From Glaucostegus cemiculus (Eukaryota): DNA of 64,000 bases. Shown piece after piece: positions 13,616 through 24,432 of the stretch. Under the pieces are notes generated by a model. That model saw only the letters and a program-made list of their open reading frames with translations, was not told where the DNA came from and did not search any database. Made by a program: the position numbers and the translations under genes. Each line of letters opens with the position of its first letter. Positions within the stretch are counted from its first letter, which is position 1. Location: assembly GCA_976551045.1 (NCBI GenBank), contig CDPCPM010000120.1, positions 3,410,001-3,474,000 on the forward strand, written 5' to 3'.

Positions 13616-15012
13616 GTCAACAGTGTTTAAGTCATATTGTCCTGTTTGCATCAACTTCTCCTAGTGTTGGAGAATGTAAGTGTGTATTTTAGTGCAGAAA
13701 AAATGTGTGATGTAAAAAAGATAAAGGTATTAATGGATTGGGCCCTAAAGAATGAACATGGAATCCAACAACATTGGGTAGTTGAACTTAAACTATTCTG
13801 TTCATCTGCTCTCCTCTGAGCTTGGACCTTTGTCTCCTAGTGTTGGCATTTGTATTGTGCAAGCTCTACAAACTATTTAATTCAGCCACACTGTGTGCAT
13901 GCTACAATATCCAGTGCTGCATCTGAAGCACTGCCAATTTGCTGTTGGTGTCAGTTTATGATTGCCCATGTAATAGCAGTTGTAGTACTTGCTTCACAAA
14001 GCATTCTTGAACCGAAAAAAGTTAATTCTTGTAAGATTTGTTTACAGCTATATCCAGCCATTGTTTGGAGTTGGCTTGTCAACCCTCCAGGTGTTATGAG
14101 TAAATTACTACTACATTCACCAATAAGCTGCTTAACAGCAAAAGTTAAAAGGCTGTGGTAAACATGTATTGTGGGTTAACTATGTTTTGGATGGTAAGAA
14201 AGTGTAAGAGAAGACAAAGACTGCCCTGCATGTGGCTAGTAGTGGTTCCCTCCCTCTACATATCTGGTCATTTCTCAAAGACTATCTGTCTCTTTTTGTC
14301 TCCTTGGGTAGACTATTACATAGGAGTTTCACTCCCTGCATCAACTGGTTAGATCTAAAGTTATCTATGCCCCTTTTCTCTTTCAAGCTTGTACCCATTT
14401 CCAGGTTCTATAGTCTATAATACAGAGCCATTTGATGTATTATTCCAGCCGTACCACAGACATGTGTACCATTTCTTCGGTATCACCATGTGCTGTGACA
14501 TTATGGAAAACTTGACAAGTTAGCAATGGCTTTAGAGGCTGAGTCCCAAGATATAAACTGGACTCTCGAGTCCAGATGATTTCTTACACACTCTTCCCCA
14601 TGTCCCATGCTTCAAATATTGCAGCCTACGTGTGTAGCAATATGATACATTTCTTTTGGGGGAAACATCTAGACAACATGTTGGAGCAATTAAATAAAAG
14701 TTCTTAGAATGCTGCAAAATGAGACAGTATGTGTAACACTCAGGCTTTCAGAGGCCATGTTGAATTTTTCAGTAAGCTTTTAAGACCATATTTGGATTAT
14801 TGAACTGAATAATAAATCAGTTCTAGTTTTAAATGTCAAAGCCATCCACATTTAATGATAAGGGAAAAAGAAGAATAACACAACTGATCTTGAGTTCAAA
14901 CCAATCAATTTGAAAAGGAAACATTTTGGAGATGATATCCTTGGAACATCTCAAATGTTAAATGATACAGAAAAGGCAAGCATGCATACATTAGAGACAT
15001 CCTGTCCTCAAG

Positions 15013-15193
15013 TGGGTGTAAGAGTGGTGCAGCTAATAGGGCTGCTGAGTTGCATCTCAAGCAGCCTGGGTTCAATCCTGAGGTCTGGTGCTGTGTGTCT
15101 TGAGTCTGCACATTCTCCCTGTGTCCACATGGATTTCCCCTGGGTGCTCCAGTTTCCTCCCATGTCCCAAGGACATGTAATTCAGTAGGTTAA
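15013..15193 (+). mobile_element. HE1/V-SINE-like SINE, 3'-truncated
   Basis: A-box-like GTGGTGCAGCTAATAG, B-box GGGTTCAATCC, core GGATTTCCCCTGGGTGCTCCAGTTTCCTCCCA. Confidence 0.85.
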
Positions 15194-16084
15194 ACCTGAG
15201 GATTGTTTGCCTCATGAGGCGATCCCATGCAAAAATTCAGAACAGTTTGGATGTTGCAGCAAGACATGCAAACAAGCTCAGTGGCCTTTTCTCATCCTTC
15301 AACTTAATTTTAAAAATGGTGTAATGAGACTTTATTTCTGTTGGCATTGATTGAGGAAATTGATATGTCATGTTTACATAATGAAAGGAGATTTCTGCCA
15401 ATATTGAAGCATATGTCCAGTAATGGGGAGTTATGACAAATCAGAGAAGTGCAGTATTAAACAGTGCTGCTCTGTTATTTATAGGAAATGATGCAGGATT
15501 TTTGATGGAAAGTCAGTGTGTTGTTCCCTTTCTCACATGAGCTGTTTTGATAAAGTGGATGTCATTAAAATGTGACATGTTCCTGTGAAATTCTAAATAT
15601 GTTGATGGTTTGTGGAAAAACAATCCTATCAGGATTAATTACATATTGTAAGGCACTTTGCTTGGTAAAAGGAAAATGGTAGTACATGGAATTGGGTGCA
15701 AATGCTTAATTGTAAGAAAGTATACATGGATTTTTAGTGTTCTTAAAAATCATGAAAGCTTGCAAAATCTGCAAATACTTTGAATATAAAGAAAAAAAAA
15801 GTATTGAAAGTGCAAAATGGTTAGGCAACATCTGAATTTAAGCCAAAAAGATTCTTGTTTTTTGGATGTTGCTTGGTAAACATGTTCCATGAAGTGGGCA
15901 CACTGTATTAGTTATCTCAGATCTGAATTTAAAGAAATCAAGCTTATTCCTGTTTTCAGGTTCTTTAGTCTGTAATACAGAACCATCTGATGTATTATTC
16001 CAGCTGTTCCATTTCAACTGCAAACATGTGTACCATTCCTTTTTATAAAAAACACGGGAAAAGCATATGGCATTTTAGTGTTTG

Positions 16085-16560
16085 TGAGGGGAGGGATGGT
16101 GGTGGCAGAGTGGCTGGGATCTTGATGGCAGAGTGAGGGTGGCGGATCAGTGGTGAGATGATGGTAGAAGAATGGTGGGGATGGTAGAGGAGGAGTGATA
16201 ATGGTGGTACCATAGCAGGTTCAATATTGGTGATGGTGGTGTGCTGTAAAGGGTGTGGAGAAGTGGCAAGGTTGGTGACGAAGGAGTGATGGTGATGTTG
16301 GTTGAGGACAGAAGGGAATAGTGATGAAGAAGTTACAGGCAAGGTGATTGAGGAGTGACATGATTAGTGATGGATGACTGGGGGATGTTGGGGAGGAGTG
16401 ACCGGGAGGTTGGTAGCAGAGATATGGGGATAGGAGGTGGAACCATGGTGTGACAGTGGAGGAGGAGTGAGGGGGACAGTGGAGGGGGAGGGGTGAGGGG
16501 TCAGTGGTGTGGTTAGCCTGTGTCAGTGAGTGGATTATTGCCATTAACGATGGAGAGGTG
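16085..16560. repeat. G-rich (GGT/GGA) low-complexity tract
   Basis: Degenerate GGTG/GATG/GGAG runs with very few C on the + strand. Confidence 0.8.
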
Positions 16561-17684
16561 AATATCACAGAGAGCTGTTAAGCCTAATTAAACTGTTACA
16601 AGCAGTGTGATTTCTGGTGTGCAAAGGACTAATTTACCTCCCTGCTCTTGCTGGGTGCACGGGTCTCGGAATTGTACCTGTATGATTAAAGTCCACTGTC
16701 TACGCAGGCTTCATGTTATGTGCCTTGCAATCTGAATTTATCCCTGCATCATTTAACACGGTTTCTGTATTAAAATTGAAATAGCTTTTATATAAGAAAT
16801 TTAATTGTTCTTTAATGCTTACAGATTGAACAAATTGTTTGAAACACTTCAAAGAATTGAGAAAATGTTAGTGTCTGAGGACATAAACTGATAATATACA
16901 GCAAGAAATTGTATGATGGAATGTTTATTTAACCAGAATAAATTGCATTTGCAACCATTTTTGTGTTAAGTTGTGCCAATTGTAAAATTTGACCGGGCAC
17001 TTCCTGTGTGAGTCATTCTTGTAAGTTCAATATAACTTCTTCATTATGGTCACACAATGTGGCGTCATTCCTTGTGCAATGCTAATTTTGGAGCAATGTA
17101 GGGATACATGGATCATGTTGTCTCCAATGCTTTTACTTTGGAGCAAAGATGAATGAAAAAATATAGACCATTCAACCCAGCAGTCATTTGCCATGTACGT
17201 GGTCCATAATTGTAATAATATGTATCTGACTTATTCTCAGATCTCTTCTTCCTCACTACATCATTCACTTACCTAATTAACTTCTATACATTGATATATT
17301 GTTTGAGAATTCTCTGGTTACCTCAGAAGGGTCAACAGCAAGGTTATTGTCAACATCTCATTGTGAAATGCAGCCTGGTTTCTCTGACAAATCGAACTAA
17401 AATGTCACTACCAATAACTGCAGATTGTATAGAATGACTCTATCTTTCTCATATAGTCATAGCTGGGTGCTCACCTGGAGGAAGTTTTGGAGAAGGAAAG
17501 AAAGACTTCTTTCTTTTTCCCTCACAATTTTCTCCAGGTAATGTAATTATAGTGCGATTTTTCCCCTGGAGAACATGCTATCAGTTTAAGTGATCCCATG
17601 TGGTATGTACTTGATAGACGTGTGGTAAGTCCTGCCATTTTTATAATTTTCTATATATGGCATCAATGACCATAATAACAATAG

Positions 17685-18260
17685 TTACAACAACTTCTGT
17701 TTACATAGCACCTTTAATACAGCAAAAAGGTTCTAAAACAGAAGTATATTGCCAAGCCTTTCAAGAAGATGCAAGTCCTCCCCAGATTATGAACGCACAA
17801 CTTATGTACAGCTTGTACATATGAGCAAGTGTTTGGGAGACCAGCGGGGAGGATTTTCCGGCTTCTGTGGGGCTGCAGGCATCATCTGCTGTGTGTGGGA
17901 ACTTGGATCGCGACGATATCTGAATGGTTGAGCTAAAACCACTGCTTGAACTACATGTTGCTATTAGTTGGCCTATGTTTTTATTTCAATATATTGCAAG
18001 GTGGCCACATTTCCGATGCGTGAATTGTTTGGGTTACAAACAGTTGTCAGGAGCAGAATCCTGTTGTAACTTGGGAGAGGATCTGTATGAGGATGGATGA
18101 TCAAAAGCTTGCTCAAAAAGTTAGGTCTTAAGAGGCATCTTCAAGGCGGAAACCTAAGTCAAGAACTTAAGGAGGCAAATCCAAAACTTAGTGCCTTGGC
18201 AGCTGAAGAGTGATAAATCTGGGGACGTTCAAGGGTTTGAGAAGTGCACATACCTTGGCT
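17685..18260 (-). mobile_element. L2 LINE 3' end, interrupted by a MITE
   Basis: ACAACAACTTCTGTTTACATAGCACCTTTAA on the left; GATGATCAAAAGCTTGCTCAAAAAGTTAGGTCTTAAG..CCTTGGCAGCTGAAG on the right. Same family as 48880-49500. Confidence 0.65.
17772..18085. mobile_element. Tc1/mariner (Tigger/pogo-like) MITE
   Basis: Imperfect TIRs CAAGTCCTCCCCAGATTATGAAC and GTTGTAACTTGGGAGAGGATCTG. TA follows the right end (TG on the left, a possibly mutated TSD). Splits an L2 element. Confidence 0.7.
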
Positions 18261-18264
18261 AAGA

Positions 18265-19190
18265 AAGGCCAAATTTAGCAAAGAAGGTCCAAGACTTTGA
18301 TAAGAGAAGAGAAAACTGAATACAAATGTAGACTAATGAGAAACATGAAAACAGACTGTACAATCTTCAATATATATGCAAAATAAAAAGATTATCAAAA
18401 ATTAATGTGGATCTCATATCGACTTTTATGGAAGAATACAAAAAAGTTCCAGGAAATTGGCTGGCTTAGAAAGAATGAGCTGCAAGAAATTAGTATTAGT
18501 TAAACAATACTACTGGAGATGTTAATGGAAGTGAAGGCCAATAAATTACCAGAACCTGATGACCTCTAACCCAGTGTTTTGAAAGAGGTGGCTTTGGAGA
18601 TATTGGATGTGCTGGTTATCGTCTTCCAAAATGTCAATGATACGAGATTTGTTTCCACAGATTGGAAGGTGGTAATTATAGCCCCAGCATTTAAAGAAAG
18701 AGGGAGAGAGAAAATGGAGAACCACAAAGACAATAAATTGAGGACATAATTTTGAGTAATCAGTGAGCGATTTAGAGGGGATCTGAGGGGGGTCTTTTTC
18801 ACCCAGAGAGTGGTGAGTAACTGGAATGCATTGCTAGAATGAGTGGTGGAAGGAGAATCACTAACAGCGCTCGAGGTGTCTAGACAAGTGTTTGAATCAC
18901 TGAGGCATTGAAGGCTACAGGCCTTCCTGGAAGGAATAAAAGGTGGGACTAATACAGGTGGGTGCTCACTGGTCAGCGTGGATGAGGTGGGCTAAATGGC
19001 CTGTTTCACTGCTGTGTGACTCTATGTCAGGTTAACCTGATGTCAGTAGTAGGCAAATGCCATAATCTTTCATTTGGAAAATAATAATAGGATTGGGCAG
19101 AGTCAACACAGATTAATAAAAGGGAAATCATGTATGACAAATACGTTAACTTACTGAAGTTATAACTAGTGAAATATGTAAGGCGGAGTT
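18265..19190 (+). mobile_element. CR1 ORF2 fragments, with a second CR1 3' end (~18760-19025) nested in the RT region
   Basis: CCAGAACCTGATGACCTCTAACCCAGTGTTTTGAAAGAGGTGGC (PGPD..PRVLKEVA-like); TTTTCACCCAGAGAGTGGTGAGTAACTGGAATGC..CTGTGTGACTCTATG; AAAGGGAAATCATGTATGACAAAT (KGKSCMTN). Confidence 0.8.
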
Positions 19191-19218
19191 CTAGTGTACT
19201 CCCTAGTGTATTTGAACT

Positions 19219-19695
19219 TCATCCTATCTGGATGCATCACTGGTTGGTATGGCAACTGCTCTGCCTGGAACCACAAGAAACTGTAAAGAGTTATGGACAC
19301 AGAAACCAGCCTGCCCTCCATGGACTCTGTCTATACTTCTTGCTGCCAGGGTAAAGCAACCAACATAGTCAAAGACCCCACCCATCCGGGACATTCTCTC
19401 TTCTCTCCTCTCCCATCAGGCAGAAAATACAAATGCCTGAAAGCACATACCACCAGACTCAAGGACAGCCTCTATCCCGTTGTTATAAGAATATTTGAAT
19501 GGTTGCCTAGCACGATAAGGTAGACTCTTGATCTCACAATCTACCTCATTATGACCTTGCACCTTATTGCCTACCTGCACTGCCCTTTCTCTGTAGCTGT
19601 GACACTTTATTCTGCATTCTGTATTGTTTTACCTAGTACTACCTCAATGCACTGTGTAATGAATTGATCTGTATGAACGGTATGCAAGACAAGTT
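19219..19695 (+). mobile_element. Rex-Babar LINE 3' end
   Basis: Peptide SLPSMDSVYTSCCQGKATNIVKDPTHPGHSLFSPLPSGRKYKCLKAHTTRLKDSLYP (RT C-terminal, DUF1891-type) followed by 3' UTR. Confidence 0.9.
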
Positions 19696-19770
19696 CAGGA
19701 GTGACAGGTGAATGTGACTTGGTGAGAGTGTGGTCAGAAGCGGCAAGGTTTTGGATGTGCCTGAGCTAAC

Positions 19771-20215
19771 ATCATCTTCTCAGGCAATGGCTTGAGCTCA
19801 AGGATGATTTCTTTCCACTCCAGTTCTATGGCTGATGGCAATGTAGGGCCTGCAGACTCTGCCACAGGTGGGGCAGGTGTTTGACAAAGTGGGCATGTTT
19901 GGGAGGTGATGTACTACATCTGCAGTTCAAGCTGGACTTCTATGTGATCCCAACACAGAGGCAATACCACTCCCAGGGCACCTCCTCCACTTTGAGTAGT
20001 CATGGGCCAGGGATTGGTGGGGATGTTGTACTTTTTCCAAGTAGATTTTGAAAACATTCTTGATGCTGTTCTCCCAAACACCTAGAAATCTCTTGCAGTG
20101 ATAGAGCTCGGATTAGAACCTATTTCAGGAGTTTGCACATTCAAATGGCGTGCATTGCACATTGGATCTAACTAGTGTAATGAGGGCTTCAGTGGTGGGG
20201 AGTGCAGAATAAGAG
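19771..20215 (-). mobile_element. RTE-type LINE 3' fragment, decayed
   Basis: ATCATCTTCTCAGGCAAT..AGGATGATTTCTTTCCACTCCAGTTCT..TGCAGACTCTGCCACAGGTGGGGCAGG..CTCCTCCACTTTGAGTAGTCATGGGCCAGG. Confidence 0.6.
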
Positions 20216-20687
20216 AGTCTTGTCAAGAGTGTGTTACATGACAAAGGCATGGACGAGGGTTTCAGCATTAACTTGTTCTGTGTATTCCACAGTTTTGTAA
20301 TTTCCTTGGTCTCTTTTTCTCTCTCCCCTAAATATTTTTACATTTAATCTTAATCTCCCTTCCTTCCTGGCCTCTTTCTTACTCTAATTTCTATCCACAC
20401 TCCTATAATTTTATTATAAGGAATAAATCTTCCAAATTATACAATATGCTGGTCTGTTCGAACAAAGATGCCTCCATTTATTATTAGCTCAGACCAGGCA
20501 ATGTTCTACCCTGTACTCTGTTTATTGGCTCATCATCCTGTGATCTGGAATGGAAAGATTCAAAGAATGTACAAACCTATGAAAGATAGATTCAGAACAA
20601 CATCTCAAATTTTGCTTTTTTTTTGACCCCCCTATGTAAAACAGTGTTTCATTAATCATTATTTCCTTGAATCAGCCTTTTATCATA

Positions 20688-20815
20688 TGGCGCCCATTCA
20701 GTCCATCTGTGTCAGATTTTGGAAAGAACTATCCAATTAGCCCCAGCTCTTTATGCGTTCCACAGGGCCTGCAAATTGTTTTCTTTCAAATGTATATCCA
20801 ATTATCCACTTGAAG
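20688..20815 (-). mobile_element. CR1 3' tail remnant
   Basis: GCCCATTCAGTCCATC..CTATCCAATTAG..CCTGCAAATTGTTTTCTTTCAAATGTATATCCAATT. Confidence 0.5.
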
Positions 20816-22379
20816 ATTTAGCACCTTTAATGGGGAAGCTTCACACTTGTTTCCCTGTAATGGATAAAATTGCTATGAAGTTTTAAATTACATTTAACTT
20901 TTTAAAGCAAAAGAAATATATGTATCTGTTTAGCATCCCGAACAATATTAAGTAGGATGTTTTCTTGAGTATTTTAAATGAAACAATCTTGTTACATATC
21001 AAATAGGATTCTTATGAAAATGATTTCATTTCACCACTCTTTGTGTCTCAACAAATATAAAAATGTTAAAATTATGTTCCAAAAGGTTATTTCTCACATT
21101 CTACTCCCGTTTAAAGCTACAGTTGTAATTTAGTGGGAAAGCTATATATTTAACTGCAACCAATTAACTGCAGGTAAATTAAAAAACAATTATAAAGTAA
21201 ATGAGAACTCTGATAACTGTTGTTGCACATCTGCTTTCATTTATGTAGTTCACTGTAGTGTTTGCTTTGTAAATACTTACATTAAATCATTGTTGATAAC
21301 TTACAAGAGAAGTGCTCAAAATTCACAGCGAGACAGTGAAATTAATTATAACTATTGAAATCTGTAGCGATAATTCTTCAACATGTTGGAAGATGAAATG
21401 CATTTCACTTTTTCTGCACTCCACTAAATGATCTGATGAATGTATAATCATTCACAGATTTCAAAATGCTGAAAATTGATTACGTTTGATTAGCTTTGAT
21501 CTCGGCAGAGAGCGCTGACAGAGTACATGTGAAACATTAGAACATTATAAAGTAACAAATGATTTAATTACCAGTGTGCCTGTTAATGTAAGATTCCCTG
21601 CAGAGAATCTGTCAAATCACAGTCCTGTAATAGACCTGTGGGTTTCATTTAATTCTATTAAGGTTTAAATAATATTTCCCACTGTCCTCATGACTGTGGT
21701 GCAAAGTTCCATTATGCAACCTAATTGTTTTTAATTAGTATCGAATGATTATAAAATCTTCACAAACTTTGAATTATGTGTCTGCTGTTTTTGTAATTAA
21801 ACTATGCATGATGACTAAAATAGTTACTTGCATTACTGAATTCTTAAGTAGCATGGGCTGCAAAGTTGTATTGCGTCTGGATTTTGAGCATCACACGTGT
21901 CATGCAGAGTCCAATATGGCATCTGATATCCATGTGCACATTTGTAATCCTTATCTTCTTGGCTAGCATATTGTGAAGAATACTAATAAAGGCAATGCAA
22001 CCTCCCACCTGAAATGTACCAAGTAGGTAGATCGTAGCACCAATTTGTATGCCATGTTGTTTCACTGTCAGTACTGGAGATCAGTGATGCAGCTGTTGGC
22101 ATGTGTTCATACACATAGAGGAGCAAGCATTCAGCAAAAAGAAGGACTCTTGTGCAATATAAAAGGGTGATCTATTACTTGCAGTTTAGTTCTGATTGTA
22201 TTCCACTGAACTCTTTTTGATTAAGTTACACTTCGGTGTTTCTAGAATTCTCAGGAGTTTGCAAAGTGGTGTTTCAGGAGCTGATTGGTTTGTTTGGCTT
22301 CAAAGCTTCTGCAATAAGCAGAGGTCCCAGAAGTAAGTGCTGTACTCTCTACTACTCTGGGAGGACAGCATGATGATGA

Positions 22380-23740
22380 AGAGAAGAGGGTACACAGAGC
22401 AACACAAGCTGCTTGACCAGGGAGAAGAGTGAGAAAGACTTTCAGCAGGAAGCTACATCCACCAAGAGTTTTCAGAGGCATTTCTCCTACTTGCTCCCTT
22501 GTGAGAAACAAAGCCTGAAACACCTTTATTTCAACAATAATGTCTTCATGCGGTTGCAGACCTATGTGCTTTATTAGCAGCTGTGAGATTGTGAAGTTCA
22601 TGAACTCCTATGTCTTGGCCTCCCTCTGGGTTGGAGCAGGATCTGGAAACTTTAGCTATGAAGTTAAAGCAGATAGGCTGGAACAAAAAGGAAAAAAAAA
22701 CCTGAGGATTCTGGAAAATGGAACTAAAGAAGAAAATGCTGGAAATACTCAGCAGCTCGGCTGTGAAGAGAGAAACAAATTAATGTTATGGGTCGATGAC
22801 CTTTCATCAATTTGCCCTTCTGACAATTTCCGACATTTCCTGCTTTAACTTTGGATAGTCTAAGGTTGTTTTCTTTGAAACAGAGGATACTAGGAGATGG
22901 GCTGGGGTGGGGAGGGGGGAAGATTTAATTGAGGTGGATAATTACAATGGAGCCCAAACGGTGTAAGTGTAATAAAACAGGGATCCCAAGATCTAAAGCA
23001 GTTGGACGATGGAAGTGGAAACCCTCATCACATGTAAGAAATACTTGACTGTGTACTTGAAGAGCTGTGACCTGCAGAGCTCTGGGCAAAATGCTGGAAG
23101 GTAGGATTAGGCTGGGGAGCTCTTCTTTTTGACCAGCACAGACATGATGGGTTGACTGATCTCCTTCTGTGTTGTAAATTTTCCATGGTTCTATGTGAAA
23201 TATCTGGAGCTTATCCCAGTTTGTTGTGCACGATTGATTTGGAGAGATCACAGATGCTCAATTCCAAATGGGTTGAATTCTCCCTGCAAGACAGCCGCAG
23301 GTGAGCTTTAATTTTGTCAGGATTGCAAATTACCTAAAGGTGCATGTGCCATTGATTCATGTACTTTGCTTCGAAGGTAATATATAATATCTACTTCAGT
23401 ATCCAGCTCATGTTTGACTCTACACAATGCGTCATGCTAGTCAATTTCCTATAACTAGGCAGCAGTTATGATGCTGTTATATTAGTTTTCTATCTATTAA
23501 TATTTGAGCTTCTGTGACAAGCCCAATGGTGGCTTTTGGCATCAAAGTCCATCATTTGCCCTTGTGTCTCCTGAATCTAGTGGACAACCTGTGCACACAT
23601 AGGCAACATGTATGCTACAAAATCCACATGACCACACAGTGATAGAGTAAGCCAGATTCTGCTCCCTGTATGTCACTGGGAGAGCCCTGCTGTACTCACC
23701 AGAGCATGATGGTAGTCGATTGTCTCATGCTCAACTTCAA
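22380..23740 (+). pseudogene. Harbinger (HARBI1-like) DDE transposase pseudogene
   Basis: Ordered motifs across frameshifts and stops: FSRKLHPPRVFR/HFSYLLPCEKQSLKHLYF; ALLAAVR..MNSYVLASLWVGAG; [insertion]; LSQFVVHD*FGEITDA; FVRIANYLKVH/AIDS (GAID motif, D at 23354); SIQLMFDSTQCVMLVNFL*LGSSYDAVIL; GIKVHHLPLCLLNLVDNLCTHRQH; VIE*..RFCSLYVTGRALLYSPEH; VVDCLML. Confidence 0.8.
22645..23195 (+). mobile_element. CR1 3' fragment inside the transposase, itself interrupted by a Penelope-derived element (~22685-22850)
   Basis: CR1: GTTGTTTTCTTTGAAACAGAGG..AGATTTAATTGAGGT..CTCCTTCTGTGTTGTAAATTTTCCATGGTTCTATG. PLE end: GAAAATGCTGGAAATACTCAGCAG..GGTCGATGACCTTTCATCA. Confidence 0.75.
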
Positions 23741-23744
23741 AATC

Positions 23745-23995
23745 ATAGTCATTGAGAGATACAGCACAGAGAAAGAGCATTCAGCCCACTGTCCCCACCA
23801 ATCATCAACCATCCATTTGCACTAATCCTACATTAATCCCATTTTTTTAATTTTCCCCACATACTTATCAACTTCCCATAGATTCTACCACTCACCTTCA
23901 CACCTGGAGCAATTTACAGTGGCCAATTAACCCACAAATCCAGTCATCTTTGGGATGTGAGAGGAAACTGGAGCATGTGGCTCTAGTAGCTCTGC
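23745..23995 (-). mobile_element. HE1-like SINE
   Basis: ATAGTCATTGAGAGATACAGCACAGA..CATTCAGCCCAC..ACTAATCCTACATTAATCCC..GCAATTTACAGTGGCCAATTAACC..TTTGGGATGTGAGAGGAAACTGGAGCA; similar to 66-402. Confidence 0.8.
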
Positions 23996-24304
23996 TACTC
24001 TGCACACATATCATTTAGGGCTCAGTTTATAGCACTAGCTGAGTGGTAAGCAGGAGCAAGAGAATGAGGAGATGAGGCGGTGCCCACCTATATATCGTTT
24101 TTCTTTATGGCTTTTACATGAGTGAATAATCAAGCTGTATACAACATCTTTTTCAGGGAGGACCAGATTTAAAATCCAAGCCATTTCTGAGGGCCATTCA
24201 CAAGAAAGATGTTGTATTTTAACAGTGCATAATCGAAAACCAACATTTTTCATCATTTTGATATTTATCATCATCATCATATTTTGCCATGACAAAAATA
24301 CCAT

Positions 24305-24432
24305 GGTTTATGGCAACCTGTTTCTACTGCCTGGGTGTGCCAGGAACCATGAAAGCAAGGCATCTCTCATGCTTTGGTCCTCCACCAGTTCAATGTTTGA
24401 AAATAATGGGGCATCCTCTCTTTCTTTCAAGT
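24305..24432 (-). pseudogene. Harbinger Myb/SANT-like ORF remnant
   Basis: Minus strand KEREDAPLFSNIELVEDQSMRDALL resembles the Myb/SANT N-terminal motif RAPRFSxxxLExLVxxVxxRRDVL; lies just inside the right TIR. Confidence 0.45.

Noticed and set aside
16043-16568. His/Pro/Ser-rich minus-strand ORFs
   Set aside because: Translation of a simple GGT/GGA tract.
13074-16891. Gene model joining the CpG-rich exon (donor 13251), 14405-14479 and 16825-16891
   Set aside because: The first junction is in phase but the second gives an immediate stop, and the product resembles no protein I know.
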